The notes beneath the pieces are model-generated. The model was not told the origin of the DNA. It did no database searches and saw only the letters and a list, made by a program, of their open reading frames with translations. 64,000 nt of DNA, taken from assembly GCA_964474435.1 (NCBI GenBank), contig CAYYSI010000001.1, forward strand, positions 126,647-190,646. Reading direction: 5' to 3'. The translations under genes were made by a program, and so were the position numbers. Below, piece after piece: positions 48,899 to 58,550 of the stretch; position 1 is the stretch's first letter; the number at the start of each line of letters is the position of its first letter. Source of the stretch: an uncultured Candidatus Saccharibacteria bacterium (lineage in GTDB: Bacteria; Patescibacteriota; Minisyncoccia; Phycocordibacterales; UBA9973).

Positions 48899-50323
48899 AT
48901 GGAACGAACATATATTGGGGATTTGGGGGCAAAGGCAGGGGAGACAGTATTGATCAAGGGCTGGATTGATGTGCGTCGCGACCAGGGCAAGATGGTCTTT
49001 TTTGACTTCCGCGATATGACTGGCACCATCCAAGGTGTCGTCCTCCCAATGCGCCCAGAGGTCATCGAGATCGCAAAGACATGCCGCCCAGAAACAGTTG
49101 TGGCCGTCGAAGGCATTGTGAACAAACGCCCAGAACGCAATATCGTTGCCGATAAACAAAATGGCGATATAGAACTTGAGGTTACTGATATCAAAATTTT
49201 GAACCACGCAGAGCCACTTCCATTTGAGATCAATGTCGATACCAAAGAAGTCGGCGAAGATGTGCGCCTCAAGCATCGCTATCTCGACCTGCGCTCTGCT
49301 CGTATGCAACACAACATGCGCAAGCGTGCCGAAGTCGTGCAGTATGTACGCAACTTTTTGCAAGGTGAAAAATTTATCGAAGTAGAAACGCCGATCCTTA
49401 CCAAGAGTACCCCAGAAGGCGCACGTGACTACATCGTGCCCGCACGACTCTATCCAGGAACATTTTATGCACTCCCGCAGTCACCGCAGCAGTACAAACA
49501 GCTCCTCATGAGTGCTGGTATCGAACGATACTTCCAGTTTGCAAAGTGTATGCGAGATGAGGATGGACGAGGGGATCGTCAACCAGAATTCACCCAGCTC
49601 GACATGGAGCTCTCATTCGTCGATCGCGAAGACGTCATGCGGCTCAATGAAGCACTCCTTATCGATATCGTCACGAAACTCTTTCCTGAGAAAAAGATTC
49701 AACAGGTTCCGTTTCCACGTATTTCATACGCTGACGCAATGTCTAAATACGGCAATGATCGACCAGATATTCGCGAAGACAAAGATGATCCAAATCTCCT
49801 CGCATTTTGCTGGATCGTAGATTTTCCATTCTTTGAACGCACTGACAAGAGCGACAATCCACAGGCAGAAGGTGAATGGACATTCACACATAATCCATTT
49901 TCTCGTCCGATCGAAGAGCACATGCAGAACCTCATGGAGAAAAAAGATCTCGCATCTATCCTCACAACACAATATGATATTTGTCTCAACGGCTACGAGA
50001 TCGGGGGAGGATCAATCCGCAACCACACCTATGACGCACTCATGAAAGTCTTTGAAATCCTCGGACACAGCGCCGACGACATCGAAGCAAACTTCGGGCA
50101 CATGCTCACTGCATTCAAGACCGGTACTCCTCCACACGGCGGACTCGCCTGGGGATTTGATCGCCTCATGATGCTCCTCCTCAACGAACCAAACATCCGC
50201 GAAGTCATGGCATTCCCAAAGACGGGCGAAGGCAAGGATCCAATGATGCAGTCCCCATCAGAAGTCTCTCAAAAGCAACTGGATGAGCTCAATATTGTAT
50301 TGAAAAAAGTTGAGAAGAAATAA
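48899..50323 (+). CDS. aspS: Aspartate--tRNA ligase (short, apparently lacking most of the GAD insertion)
   Basis: STPEGARD, LPQSPQ, RQPEFTQLD and PPHGG. Confidence 0.96.
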   Translation: MERTYIGDLGAKAGETVLIKGWIDVRRDQGKMVFFDFRDMTGTIQGVVLPMRPEVIEIAKTCRPETVVAVEGIVNKRPERNIVADKQNGDIELEVTDIKILNHAEPLPFEINVDTKEVGEDVRLKHRYLDLRSARMQHNMRKRAEVVQYVRNFLQGEKFIEVETPILTKSTPEGARDYIVPARLYPGTFYALPQSPQQYKQLLMSAGIERYFQFAKCMRDEDGRGDRQPEFTQLDMELSFVDREDVMRLNEALLIDIVTKLFPEKKIQQVPFPRISYADAMSKYGNDRPDIREDKDDPNLLAFCWIVDFPFFERTDKSDNPQAEGEWTFTHNPFSRPIEEHMQNLMEKKDLASILTTQYDICLNGYEIGGGSIRNHTYDALMKVFEILGHSADDIEANFGHMLTAFKTGTPPHGGLAWGFDRLMMLLLNEPNIREVMAFPKTGEGKDPMMQSPSEVSQKQLDELNIVLKKVEKK

Positions 50324-50359
50324 AAAAATCCCTCCGTGTGAACGGGGGATTTTTGCTTT

Positions 50360-50764
50360 TTACCAACCAGAAACTCTGATGCCAACAGCTTTAGGTGTAG
50401 GATCTACAGTATCATCTACGGGTTGATCCCAAATTTCACAGGTTTCTCCAATAAGATCCTGCTCAAATACAAAGTCTAAACATTTTACAAAAAGAGCAAA
50501 ACTCCATAAGGGAAGATGGGCGAATTCAAATGTAGACATTTTAAATACCTCAATTTTAACTTCCTGTTCCCCTTCCTTTGCGGCAGATTTTACCTGCTCA
50601 ATCAAATTCTTTTGGAACTCAGAAAATTTTTTGGCAATAATTTTCTCGCCAGTCTCATATGATTTCCAAAAATTCTGCTTCTTTTTATTGAGATCTATTT
50701 CATAATTTTGAGAAACTGCAGTAGTAGAGGATGTTGTCAGCTCTGCAAGATTTAACTTTTTCAT
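50360..50764 (-). CDS. AT-rich hypothetical protein
   Basis: TTGACA-16-TAATGT promoter; shares hairpin near 50324-50354 with aspS. Confidence 0.65.
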   Translation of the reverse strand: MKKLNLAELTTSSTTAVSQNYEIDLNKKKQNFWKSYETGEKIIAKKFSEFQKNLIEQVKSAAKEGEQEVKIEVFKMSTFEFAHLPLWSFALFVKCLDFVFEQDLIGETCEIWDQPVDDTVDPTPKAVGIRVSGW

Positions 50765-51247
50765 TATTTATGTATTTTTGTTTATTGATACATTACTATA
50801 ATATTTTTATATGTCAATATGTAATAAAAAGGGAAGTAACTCGTCTCTACAGTGGAGATAGATAGTTTCTCTATCCCCGCATTGTTCATTCCAAAAGGAC
50901 TCTGAACACATCATATTTGAGGGAGAGGATTTCAGTACTTCGTACCAATCTTCTCAAAACAACCATTAACCGTCTCAAACCAGTGTGCTCATAAATGAAT
51001 CATTCGGAATACATTTGTATATCCGACACCAGCGAGCTTTTCTTCTTTCCGGTATATCTACTTCTTTTATATACCACCCATTCGCATTGATTTCATTTCT
51101 TTGCTCCTTTTACCCCCCATACCCATTGTTCTTTTTAGTCCTTTTCTCACAATCCAATACCACCGCTTATTTCATAAGCATTCGCCAAAGCCCCTCTTCA
51201 CTATAGTGATAGGGGTCTTCTTTTTATGCGGTATACTATAGGCATTC

Positions 51248-52009
51248 ATGGAAACACAGGGGGATGTAACAGCCCAGCAATTTCAGGTCAAACACGAGTC
51301 ATTTGAAGGACCGATTGAGGTCTTGCTTGAGCTTATTGAGAAGCGCAAATTTTTCGTCAACGACGTCTCACTTGCATCAGTCACTGATGACTTCATTGCT
51401 CACATTCAGACCAAGGGCATGCATCCGGACATGGTTGCGAACTTCTTGGCAGTTGCAGCAACGCTCATATTGATCAAGGCACGATCATTACTTCCAAATC
51501 TCGAACTCACGCAAGATGAATCCCAATCTATCACCGACCTCGAACGCCGCGTCGCGCTCTATCAGATCATTTCGCATGTTTCCAATGACCTGGTCAAGCA
51601 ATATGGCAAAAAGATTTCATTTGGAGGAGTTGCACGCAGTAGTGGCCCAGTATTCGCACCAGACCCCAATTTGTCCGTAGAACAACTTCCACATCTCATA
51701 GCGGACATGATTGGTCGTATTCCGCCGCCTCCTGTTGCAAAGCCAGAAGCGCGAGTGACTGCGACAATTTCTATAACCGAAGTCATCGATACACTCATCG
51801 AGCGCATCAATCGCATGACGAGCGTGTCGTTTAATGATATCCGCGTGAATGCCCCCGACGGCGACTCAAAATCCCAAAAAGTCTATACGATAGTGTCGTT
51901 TCTTGGTATGCTAGAGCTAGTCAGACGGGGACTTGTCGCTGCAAACCAAGACGAGCAGTTCGCAAATATCGCACTTGAGCGCGCACCCGAACAATCAGAA
52001 ACTATATGA
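51248..52009 (+). CDS. scpA: Segregation/condensation protein A
   Basis: FEGP...LL.LI, IKARSLLP and FL..LEL. Confidence 0.93.
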   Translation: METQGDVTAQQFQVKHESFEGPIEVLLELIEKRKFFVNDVSLASVTDDFIAHIQTKGMHPDMVANFLAVAATLILIKARSLLPNLELTQDESQSITDLERRVALYQIISHVSNDLVKQYGKKISFGGVARSSGPVFAPDPNLSVEQLPHLIADMIGRIPPPPVAKPEARVTATISITEVIDTLIERINRMTSVSFNDIRVNAPDGDSKSQKVYTIVSFLGMLELVRRGLVAANQDEQFANIALERAPEQSETI

Positions 52010-52539
52010 ACATCTCCCAATCAATAGAAGCAATCCTTTTTGCCACGGCAGAACCACAAACCTATGCGTCACTTGCAAAGCAGCTTGGCGTAGAAACTGA
52101 TGCGATAGATACTGCTGTCAAAGAATTGATCGTCTCCTACGAAGGACATGGGATCGCAGTTGTTGAGCTCAATCAGGTCGTGAGCCTTGCGACACGCAGT
52201 GAACACAGTGCACTCATCGAAGCGATCCGGAAGGAAGAGCTTTCCAAAGATCTCTCCAAGGCATCAGCCGAAACACTTGCAGTCATTGCGTACACGCCGG
52301 GTGTGTCCAAATCCCAGATCGAATTTATCCGTGGCGTAAATGTCTCGTACAGTTTGCGTGCACTCATGATGCGTGGGTTAATTGAATCAAAAGGGTCGGG
52401 GAGAGCGATCACGTATCATCCAACACTTGATTTGCTCGAGCATTTTGGTGTGACATCAATCGAGCAACTGCCTGACTATGTCGAGACTAAAACCAAGATC
52501 GCAACACTCCTTACGGGCGCAACAGAATCAAACTCATAA
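52006..52539 (+). CDS. scpB: Segregation/condensation protein B
   Basis: IEAILFA, ETLAVIAY and IRGVN. Confidence 0.93.
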   Translation: MNISQSIEAILFATAEPQTYASLAKQLGVETDAIDTAVKELIVSYEGHGIAVVELNQVVSLATRSEHSALIEAIRKEELSKDLSKASAETLAVIAYTPGVSKSQIEFIRGVNVSYSLRALMMRGLIESKGSGRAITYHPTLDLLEHFGVTSIEQLPDYVETKTKIATLLTGATESNS

Positions 52540-52541
52540 CC

Positions 52542-53594
52542 ATGATCATCAACGTCATCAAAATTTTTCTTCCGACAACACTTGCCTTCCTTGTAGGTAT
52601 CGCACTGACACCACGACTCACGAGCTACATGTACGCGCACAAACTGTGGCGCCGCAAGAAAAGGGTAGAGGACGCCGAGATCACCAATGATGACTACAAA
52701 AAGATCCATGATAGTGAGTCCGAAATCTCAACGCCTCGTGTGGGGGGCATTATCATCTGGCTCTCAACTTTGCTCTCGATTGCACTCATCTGGCTCATTT
52801 CCAAGATTGTGCCATCAGACCTCACAACCAAACTCGACTTTTATAGCCGAAGTCAGACACTTGTGCCACTTGCAGCATTACTCATCGGGTCGGGGATAGG
52901 ACTGATCGACGACGCAGCTCAGATCAAAGGAGTCGTCGAAAAGATCTCACATCGCTATGTCAAGATCCTCACCGTCATAGGCCTTGGTGCACTCATCGGT
53001 GCATGGTTTTATACCAAGCTTGGGATGGTCGCTATCTCAGTACCATTTGCAGCAACACCGCTCATGCTCGGCACACTATTCATTCCATTTTTCATTATCA
53101 TTTTGATTGCAGTCTTTTCTACCTCTGTTATAGACGGCATGGACGGGCTGGCTGGTGGCGTCTTTGCAGTGATCTTTGCGGCATACTCAGTCATCGCCTT
53201 TGGACAAAACCAGATCGACATTGCAGCATTTTGTGGAGTTATCACGGGATCCATTCTTGCATTCCTATGGTTCAATATTCCACCAGCACGCTTTTATATG
53301 GGAGAAACGGGCATTCTGGGGCTCACGGTCGTACTCACTGTGGTCGCATTTCTTACTGACACGGTGTTAGTCTTGCCACTCATCGCACTTCCACTTGTTG
53401 CAACCACTGCATCAAACATCATTCAGATCAGTACCTACAAATACTGCGGCAAACGTCGTGTGTTCAAGATCGCACCACTGCATCACCATTTCCATGCGAT
53501 CGGATGGTCCAAGGAAAAGATCGTCATGCGATACTGGGTCGTAAGCATTGTCTGCGCACTCCTCGGAGTCGTGGTCGTATTCATCAGCAAGTAA
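52542..53594 (+). CDS. mraY: Phospho-N-acetylmuramoyl-pentapeptide transferase
   Basis: TPRVGG, DGMDGLA, PARFYMGETG and APLHHHF. Confidence 0.93.
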   Translation: MIINVIKIFLPTTLAFLVGIALTPRLTSYMYAHKLWRRKKRVEDAEITNDDYKKIHDSESEISTPRVGGIIIWLSTLLSIALIWLISKIVPSDLTTKLDFYSRSQTLVPLAALLIGSGIGLIDDAAQIKGVVEKISHRYVKILTVIGLGALIGAWFYTKLGMVAISVPFAATPLMLGTLFIPFFIIILIAVFSTSVIDGMDGLAGGVFAVIFAAYSVIAFGQNQIDIAAFCGVITGSILAFLWFNIPPARFYMGETGILGLTVVLTVVAFLTDTVLVLPLIALPLVATTASNIIQISTYKYCGKRRVFKIAPLHHHFHAIGWSKEKIVMRYWVVSIVCALLGVVVVFISK

Positions 53595-53595
53595 T

Positions 53596-54726
53596 ATGAA
53601 CGCAGTCCTTCCTCGTACAAAAAAGGTAGAGCAAAAGCCATTTGATCGATACTTCCTAGGTATCGTCATTTTGATCACTGTCGTGGGACTTTTTTCATTC
53701 GTCTCTGCATCTCTCGGCATTCTCGCAAAGAGCGAGAGCAAGTTTTATGGAGTACTCTTTAACCAAATCGTGCTCGGATTGATCGGAGGATTTGGTGGTC
53801 TGTGGCTCACCATGAAAATCCCATACCTCTTTTGGCGCAATTATGCCTTTTATATATTCCTCATCACACTTGCACTCACGATCCTCGTCTTTGTGCCAGG
53901 ACTCGGCTTTGAACACGGTGGGGCACAGCGATGGATCTCTATTGGTCCACTATCATTTCAACCAGCCGAATTATTAAAAATTGGATTCGTCATTTATTTT
54001 GCCACCTGGCTTGCATGGACACAAAAGAAACAACAGGATGTGAAGTTCAAGATCATTCCACTCATTTGTTTACTCGGCATTGTTGCAGCAGTACTTCTCA
54101 AGCAACCCGATACCAAAAGCTTAATCCTCATCACGACAACTGCCTGCGGCATGCTCTTCGTCTCTGGTGTGTCATGGAAGAAAATTGGCGTCATTATACT
54201 CATTGGACTCGTTGGTATTGGCGGACTCGCATTCTTTCGACCGTATGTGATGGATCGTATCAAGACATTTGCAAATCCGTCGAGTGACCCGCGTGGCTCG
54301 TCATACCAGCTCCAGCAGTCTCTGATCGCAATCGGCTCAGGAGGAGTGTTTGGACGAGGACTCGGACAAAGTGTGCAAAAATTTAGCTATCTACCTGAGC
54401 CACAAGGGGACTCGGTCTTTGCGGTGATCGGAGAGGAGTTTGGATTCTTTGGGAGCATGATACTTGTCATTCTCTATGTATTCTTTGGCGTCCGCGGCTA
54501 CAAGATCGCGCTCCAAGCACCAGATGCGTTTGGCCGCTATCTGACTGTGGGGATCGTTACTCTCCTCATTGCCCAAACATTCCTCAACATCGCATCCCTC
54601 GTCGGACTCTTTCCACTCACCGGTGTCCCGCTCGTATTCATCTCACACGGCGGCACCTCGCTCTTTATTGCGCTCGCGGCTGTGGGGATAATTTTGAATG
54701 TGTCGAGATATGAAAAGAAGGTATAA
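53596..54726 (+). CDS. ftsW: SEDS family peptidoglycan polymerase FtsW
   Basis: QPAELLK, QPD, GEEFG and TGVPL.FIS.GG. Confidence 0.9.
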   Translation: MNAVLPRTKKVEQKPFDRYFLGIVILITVVGLFSFVSASLGILAKSESKFYGVLFNQIVLGLIGGFGGLWLTMKIPYLFWRNYAFYIFLITLALTILVFVPGLGFEHGGAQRWISIGPLSFQPAELLKIGFVIYFATWLAWTQKKQQDVKFKIIPLICLLGIVAAVLLKQPDTKSLILITTTACGMLFVSGVSWKKIGVIILIGLVGIGGLAFFRPYVMDRIKTFANPSSDPRGSSYQLQQSLIAIGSGGVFGRGLGQSVQKFSYLPEPQGDSVFAVIGEEFGFFGSMILVILYVFFGVRGYKIALQAPDAFGRYLTVGIVTLLIAQTFLNIASLVGLFPLTGVPLVFISHGGTSLFIALAAVGIILNVSRYEKKV

Positions 54727-54738
54727 TAGAATCACTAT

Positions 54739-55881
54739 ATGAAAATCCTACTAACAGGAGGGGGCACAGGGGGACACTTTTATCCGCTTATTGCCATTGC
54801 CGAAGAATTGAACCGCATCGCGGACGAAGAGCGCATTGTGAACCTCAAGCTCTACTATATGTCAGAGACTCCCTACGATGCGGGACTTCTCGAGGAGCAG
54901 TTCATACACTTTATACCGATAGTGTCGGGTAAACTGCGCGTGCATTTGTCTTTGAAAAATATTTTGATCAATATAAAAAATATGGTCACAGTGTTCTTTG
55001 GAGTCATTGGTGCGACATTCAAAGTCTTTAGTTTGTATCCAGACGTCGTGATTAGTAAAGGTGGGTATGCGAGCTTCCCAGTACTCTTTGCTGCACGCAT
55101 ACTGCGCATCCCAGTTATCATTCACGAGTCTGACACAGTGCCAGGCCGCGTGAGCAAATGGTCAGGGAAATTTGCCAAGAAAGTTGCGCTCTCATTCCCA
55201 GAAGCAGCAGCATATTTCAATCCCAAAAAAGTGTCAGTGACTGGACAACCCGTCCGCAAAAATCTTACTCACCCAGTCACGCAGGGTGCAAAAGAATTCT
55301 TTGAACTCTCACCCAATCTTAAAACCATTGGTGTTGTTGGCGGATCCCAAGGCGCAAAGGGAATCAATGATGCAGTGGTCAATTGTATTACCGAGCTTTT
55401 GGATCATTATCAAGTCATTCACCAAACAGGAGTGGCAGATTATGATGATGTAACAACCGAAGTTCGAATCATTATGGGAGACAATACCAAGCGTAATCGG
55501 TACAAGGCATTCAAGTTTTTAAATAATGTGCAATCCAAAATGTTTGCAGGTGCAGTCGATATTGTCGTCTCACGATCAGGTTCATCTCTATTTGAAATAG
55601 CAGCTTCTGGCAGACCCTCAATCCTTATCCCGTACATCTACGCTCATGGAGACCATCAGCGCAAAAATGCATACCATTATGCACGCACAGGAGCCGCTGT
55701 CGTGATCGAGGAAGCAAACCTCACGCCGTCAGTACTCCTCAACGAAATCACTTCGATACTTGAAAATAAAGAACGCTACGACAGTATGGCAGGCCATGCC
55801 AAGGCATTTTTCTTGCCCGATGCTGCACACAAGATCGCAATCGAAGCTATCACTATTGCGATGAGCCACTATCAGGAATAA
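54739..55881 (+). CDS. murG: MurG glycosyltransferase
   Basis: GGGTGGH, GGSQGA and HQ..NA. Confidence 0.95.
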   Translation: MKILLTGGGTGGHFYPLIAIAEELNRIADEERIVNLKLYYMSETPYDAGLLEEQFIHFIPIVSGKLRVHLSLKNILINIKNMVTVFFGVIGATFKVFSLYPDVVISKGGYASFPVLFAARILRIPVIIHESDTVPGRVSKWSGKFAKKVALSFPEAAAYFNPKKVSVTGQPVRKNLTHPVTQGAKEFFELSPNLKTIGVVGGSQGAKGINDAVVNCITELLDHYQVIHQTGVADYDDVTTEVRIIMGDNTKRNRYKAFKFLNNVQSKMFAGAVDIVVSRSGSSLFEIAASGRPSILIPYIYAHGDHQRKNAYHYARTGAAVVIEEANLTPSVLLNEITSILENKERYDSMAGHAKAFFLPDAAHKIAIEAITIAMSHYQE

Positions 55882-56719
55882 TTCCTTTAGTCGTACTATA
55901 GACGTACGTAAATGATGCGCCCAGGAAAAAGACTTGCGCTGAGTAATAGATCCATACCAAGAGACCGACAAGCGATGATGCTCCACCAAAGACACTCGTG
56001 TGTACGAGGAGTTTTATGTATTCAGTGATGAGCAAGTTGCCGATGCCAAACAATACTGACGTCACGAGTCCTCCCATAAAGAGCACGTGCCATGGGAGCT
56101 TGCGGTTTGGGAGCACGCGATAAATGACGGTGAAAAGCAGCGTGCTCAAGATAAGTGGCACGACGATTTGAAACAATGCGATGAGGGATCCAAACGGGGG
56201 AAGGAGTGGGATAGATGACTGCACAACTGATAAAAAGAGTGTAAGCCCGATCGATACAATGAGTAGTATTGCAAGTAGCGGTATCACTGACAGTACCATG
56301 ATTTTGTCATGCACAAATGCGCCAATCTTTTTTATAAATGAAAGCTTTTTCTTGGCAGGTTTGGTGGTTACGCGCCACAGTTCGTCGAGGTCTCGGTCGA
56401 GTTCGGAGAACACTCCCAATGCCCCGATGACAAAGGTGATAGCACTCAAGAGCGCGGCTTTCACACTGATGTCCTGGAGCTGAGAATTGTGCAGGATCTC
56501 GCTGATGTAGAGCGATGCATTACTGCCGATAGTCGTGACGAGCTGGTGCATGAGCGCGTATTCTACGACGTCCTTGCTAAAGAGTGTGGTGACCGCAGAC
56601 ACAATGAGAAGTATGAGCGGAATGAATGAGAGCATTGCGTAATAGGAGAGTGCGGCACCCATGCGTGGAGCGTTTGAATTACTCCAATGCATGATGGTTT
56701 TCTTTGCCAAATTTTTCAT
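55853..56719 (-). CDS. YihY/BrkB family membrane protein
   Basis: GAALSYY..LS..P and LLVWIYYSAQ..FLGA. Confidence 0.88.
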   Translation of the reverse strand: MKNLAKKTIMHWSNSNAPRMGAALSYYAMLSFIPLILLIVSAVTTLFSKDVVEYALMHQLVTTIGSNASLYISEILHNSQLQDISVKAALLSAITFVIGALGVFSELDRDLDELWRVTTKPAKKKLSFIKKIGAFVHDKIMVLSVIPLLAILLIVSIGLTLFLSVVQSSIPLLPPFGSLIALFQIVVPLILSTLLFTVIYRVLPNRKLPWHVLFMGGLVTSVLFGIGNLLITEYIKLLVHTSVFGGASSLVGLLVWIYYSAQVFFLGASFTYVYSTTKGIIPDSGSSQ

Positions 56720-56740
56720 AGACAAAGTATAGCAGTTTAT

Positions 56741-56824
56741 ACCCGAGCTTCGCAGTACAATATTGCCGCCAGTGGGTGGGTTTGGCTTGGGCACCAGGCA
56801 ATGTTGTACTGTGGAAGCGAGGGT
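56741..56824. repeat. Long imperfect inverted repeat
   Basis: ACCCGAGCTTCGCAGTACAATATTGCC ... GGCAATGTTGTACTGTGGAAGCGAGGGT. Confidence 0.7.
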
Positions 56825-56829
56825 GATAG

Positions 56830-56838
56830 TTATCCACA
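56830..56838 (+). promoter_or_regulatory. Consensus DnaA box
   Basis: TTATCCACA. Confidence 0.5.
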
Positions 56839-56847
56839 TCTATTTTC

Positions 56848-56876
56848 TTGCATGTGAACGATCGTTCACATATACT
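56848..56876 (+). promoter_or_regulatory. lexA operon promoter with SOS-box operator
   Basis: TTGCAT-17-TATACT; perfect palindrome ATGTGAACGATCGTTCACAT (GAAC-N4-GTTC) fills the spacer. Confidence 0.8.
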
Positions 56877-56917
56877 AAATACAGGTCGCATTAATACATA
56901 ACCTGTCCACAAAACAT

Positions 56918-57115
56918 ATGACACGACATCAATACACAAAAAATATTTACCACGAACTCCAAGCATTGAACGAACGCATTGATCACAAAATACTGCGTGG
57001 GCAGCGTTATAGTGATGATTCACTCCGCCACAAGCAGCTCTTGCGCCAGATCAAACGTCAGCGCTCACACGGATTCTTTGGTCGCTTTATCAGTTCATTC
57101 TTTCAATTCCAATAA
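56918..57115 (+). CDS. Small basic protein, first gene of the lexA operon
   Basis: 65 aa ORF directly after the promoter. Confidence 0.6.
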   Translation: MTRHQYTKNIYHELQALNERIDHKILRGQRYSDDSLRHKQLLRQIKRQRSHGFFGRFISSFFQFQ

Positions 57116-57116
57116 C

Positions 57117-57320
57117 ATGACTACACCATTTAAAACTCTCGTTCAACACGAAATGAATCGTCTCCAAACATTGGTGACAAATCCCCAGGCTCCAGCACTC
57201 TACGCAATGCCAGGATACCGATATACCACCAGAAAGGCTATACTAGTATCTAGAAGGAAACCAAGCACATATAGTGGACTTCTTTCGTTCACTCGTGTAC
57301 TCCGACTCTTCCTCTTCTAA
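57117..57320 (+). CDS. Small hypothetical protein in the lexA operon
   Basis: 67 aa ORF, 1 nt after the previous stop and 3 nt before lexA. Confidence 0.55.
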   Translation: MTTPFKTLVQHEMNRLQTLVTNPQAPALYAMPGYRYTTRKAILVSRRKPSTYSGLLSFTRVLRLFLF

Positions 57321-57323
57321 CAT

Positions 57324-57887
57324 ATGCAGCCCGAATACAAACAACAACTGATCTCGTTTTACCAAAGCAAAAAGCGGATGCCGACATATACGGAAATGAT
57401 GTCGCTCTTTGGATTCAAGTCAAAAAATGCCGTTGCGCGTATTGTCACCAAACTCCTTGCCGCAGGCATTGTAACCAAAGACAAGCTTGGCAAACTGATC
57501 CCGAGCGATCTCTTTGATAGCACGCCACTCCTAGGTTCAGTAAAGGCGGGCTTCCCATCATCAGTCGACGAAATCACTGACTCACTCAATATTGAAGACT
57601 ACTTGATCAAAAACAAGAGCAACACGTACATCCTCGAAGTCGATGGTAACTCAATGATTGAGGCACACATCGCGGATGGTGATATGGTGATCGCAGAGCG
57701 CACAAGCAATGCCAAAGAAGGTGACATCGTCATCGCACAAGTTGATGGAGAGTTCACCATGAAGTATTTGCGCAAGACTGGTACTACTGTGTGGCTCGAG
57801 CCTGCAAACAAAGACTTCAAACCGATCTATCCCAAACATGATCTCCAAATCGCAGCAGTTGTGCGAGGAGTGATTCGTAAATACTAA
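57324..57887 (+). CDS. lexA: LexA repressor (wHTH + S24 peptidase)
   Basis: MPT..EM...FG..S; AG cleavage site (VKAGFP); catalytic GNSM and TMK. Confidence 0.9.
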   Translation: MQPEYKQQLISFYQSKKRMPTYTEMMSLFGFKSKNAVARIVTKLLAAGIVTKDKLGKLIPSDLFDSTPLLGSVKAGFPSSVDEITDSLNIEDYLIKNKSNTYILEVDGNSMIEAHIADGDMVIAERTSNAKEGDIVIAQVDGEFTMKYLRKTGTTVWLEPANKDFKPIYPKHDLQIAAVVRGVIRKY

Positions 57888-58498
57888 TCCTTTTTGTATT
57901 CGAGAAGTTTGCCTGCTGCAATTTCTACAGGGTCAGCTTTGCGTAGCTTTTGTGGCTTCATTTGTGGAGGCAAGATAGGGAAGTGTGTACTATCATCAAG
58001 TGCTGCACCTATTTCCCACAACTCTTCATCAGTTGTAACCCAGTCTGTACCAAATTGTTTGAGACTAAATGGTGCTGAATAATCACGCATCGTTTTTGTT
58101 CCGTCATCGAGGAAATATTCGTGAAAGTAGGAGAGCGCGAGCTCACGTATTGTTTTATATATTGGCTCTCGATATCGGAGTACGGCATGATTGGTCTTGG
58201 AAATTGCGCCCCAGTATCCATGTTGCTTAAAGAGTGCGACAACGTGATCCAGATCATGTTTCGTACTGCGCAGATCTAGGAGTAAGGGCTTTTCGCCATG
58301 ATACCAGAGTACTGCGGCAGCAAGGTACGCACCTTCGATACAGTGGGCACAGTGTGTATGTATAACTCTGCGAGGCGACATGCAGGTCTCTCCATTTTTT
58401 TCGAAGTTATAGGAGATACTATTGAGATACTCCTGGATTTTGGCAGGGGTAGTGAGCTTTTTAAAGAGCTTTTCTTCCTCGGGTGTAAGCGCAAACAT
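57884..58498 (-). CDS. Transglutaminase/papain-like hypothetical protein
   Basis: AHCIEGA, DHVVALF and WGAISKTN. Confidence 0.65.
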   Translation of the reverse strand: MFALTPEEEKLFKKLTTPAKIQEYLNSISYNFEKNGETCMSPRRVIHTHCAHCIEGAYLAAAVLWYHGEKPLLLDLRSTKHDLDHVVALFKQHGYWGAISKTNHAVLRYREPIYKTIRELALSYFHEYFLDDGTKTMRDYSAPFSLKQFGTDWVTTDEELWEIGAALDDSTHFPILPPQMKPQKLRKADPVEIAAGKLLEYKKD

Positions 58499-58550
58499 AC
58501 CCTAGTATACCAGCTCACAAAGGCAGTCGTTATGCTATACTGGCTGCCTT

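Noticed and set aside
56830-56911. oriC
   Set aside because: One perfect and one weak DnaA box only; no cluster, unwinding element or dnaA/dnaN nearby.
57623-57630. Other CACGTAC/GTACGTG matches (also near 3693, 10838 and 59964)
   Set aside because: Only 7-8 bp, inside coding sequence, without the AAAAT part or an inverted partner.
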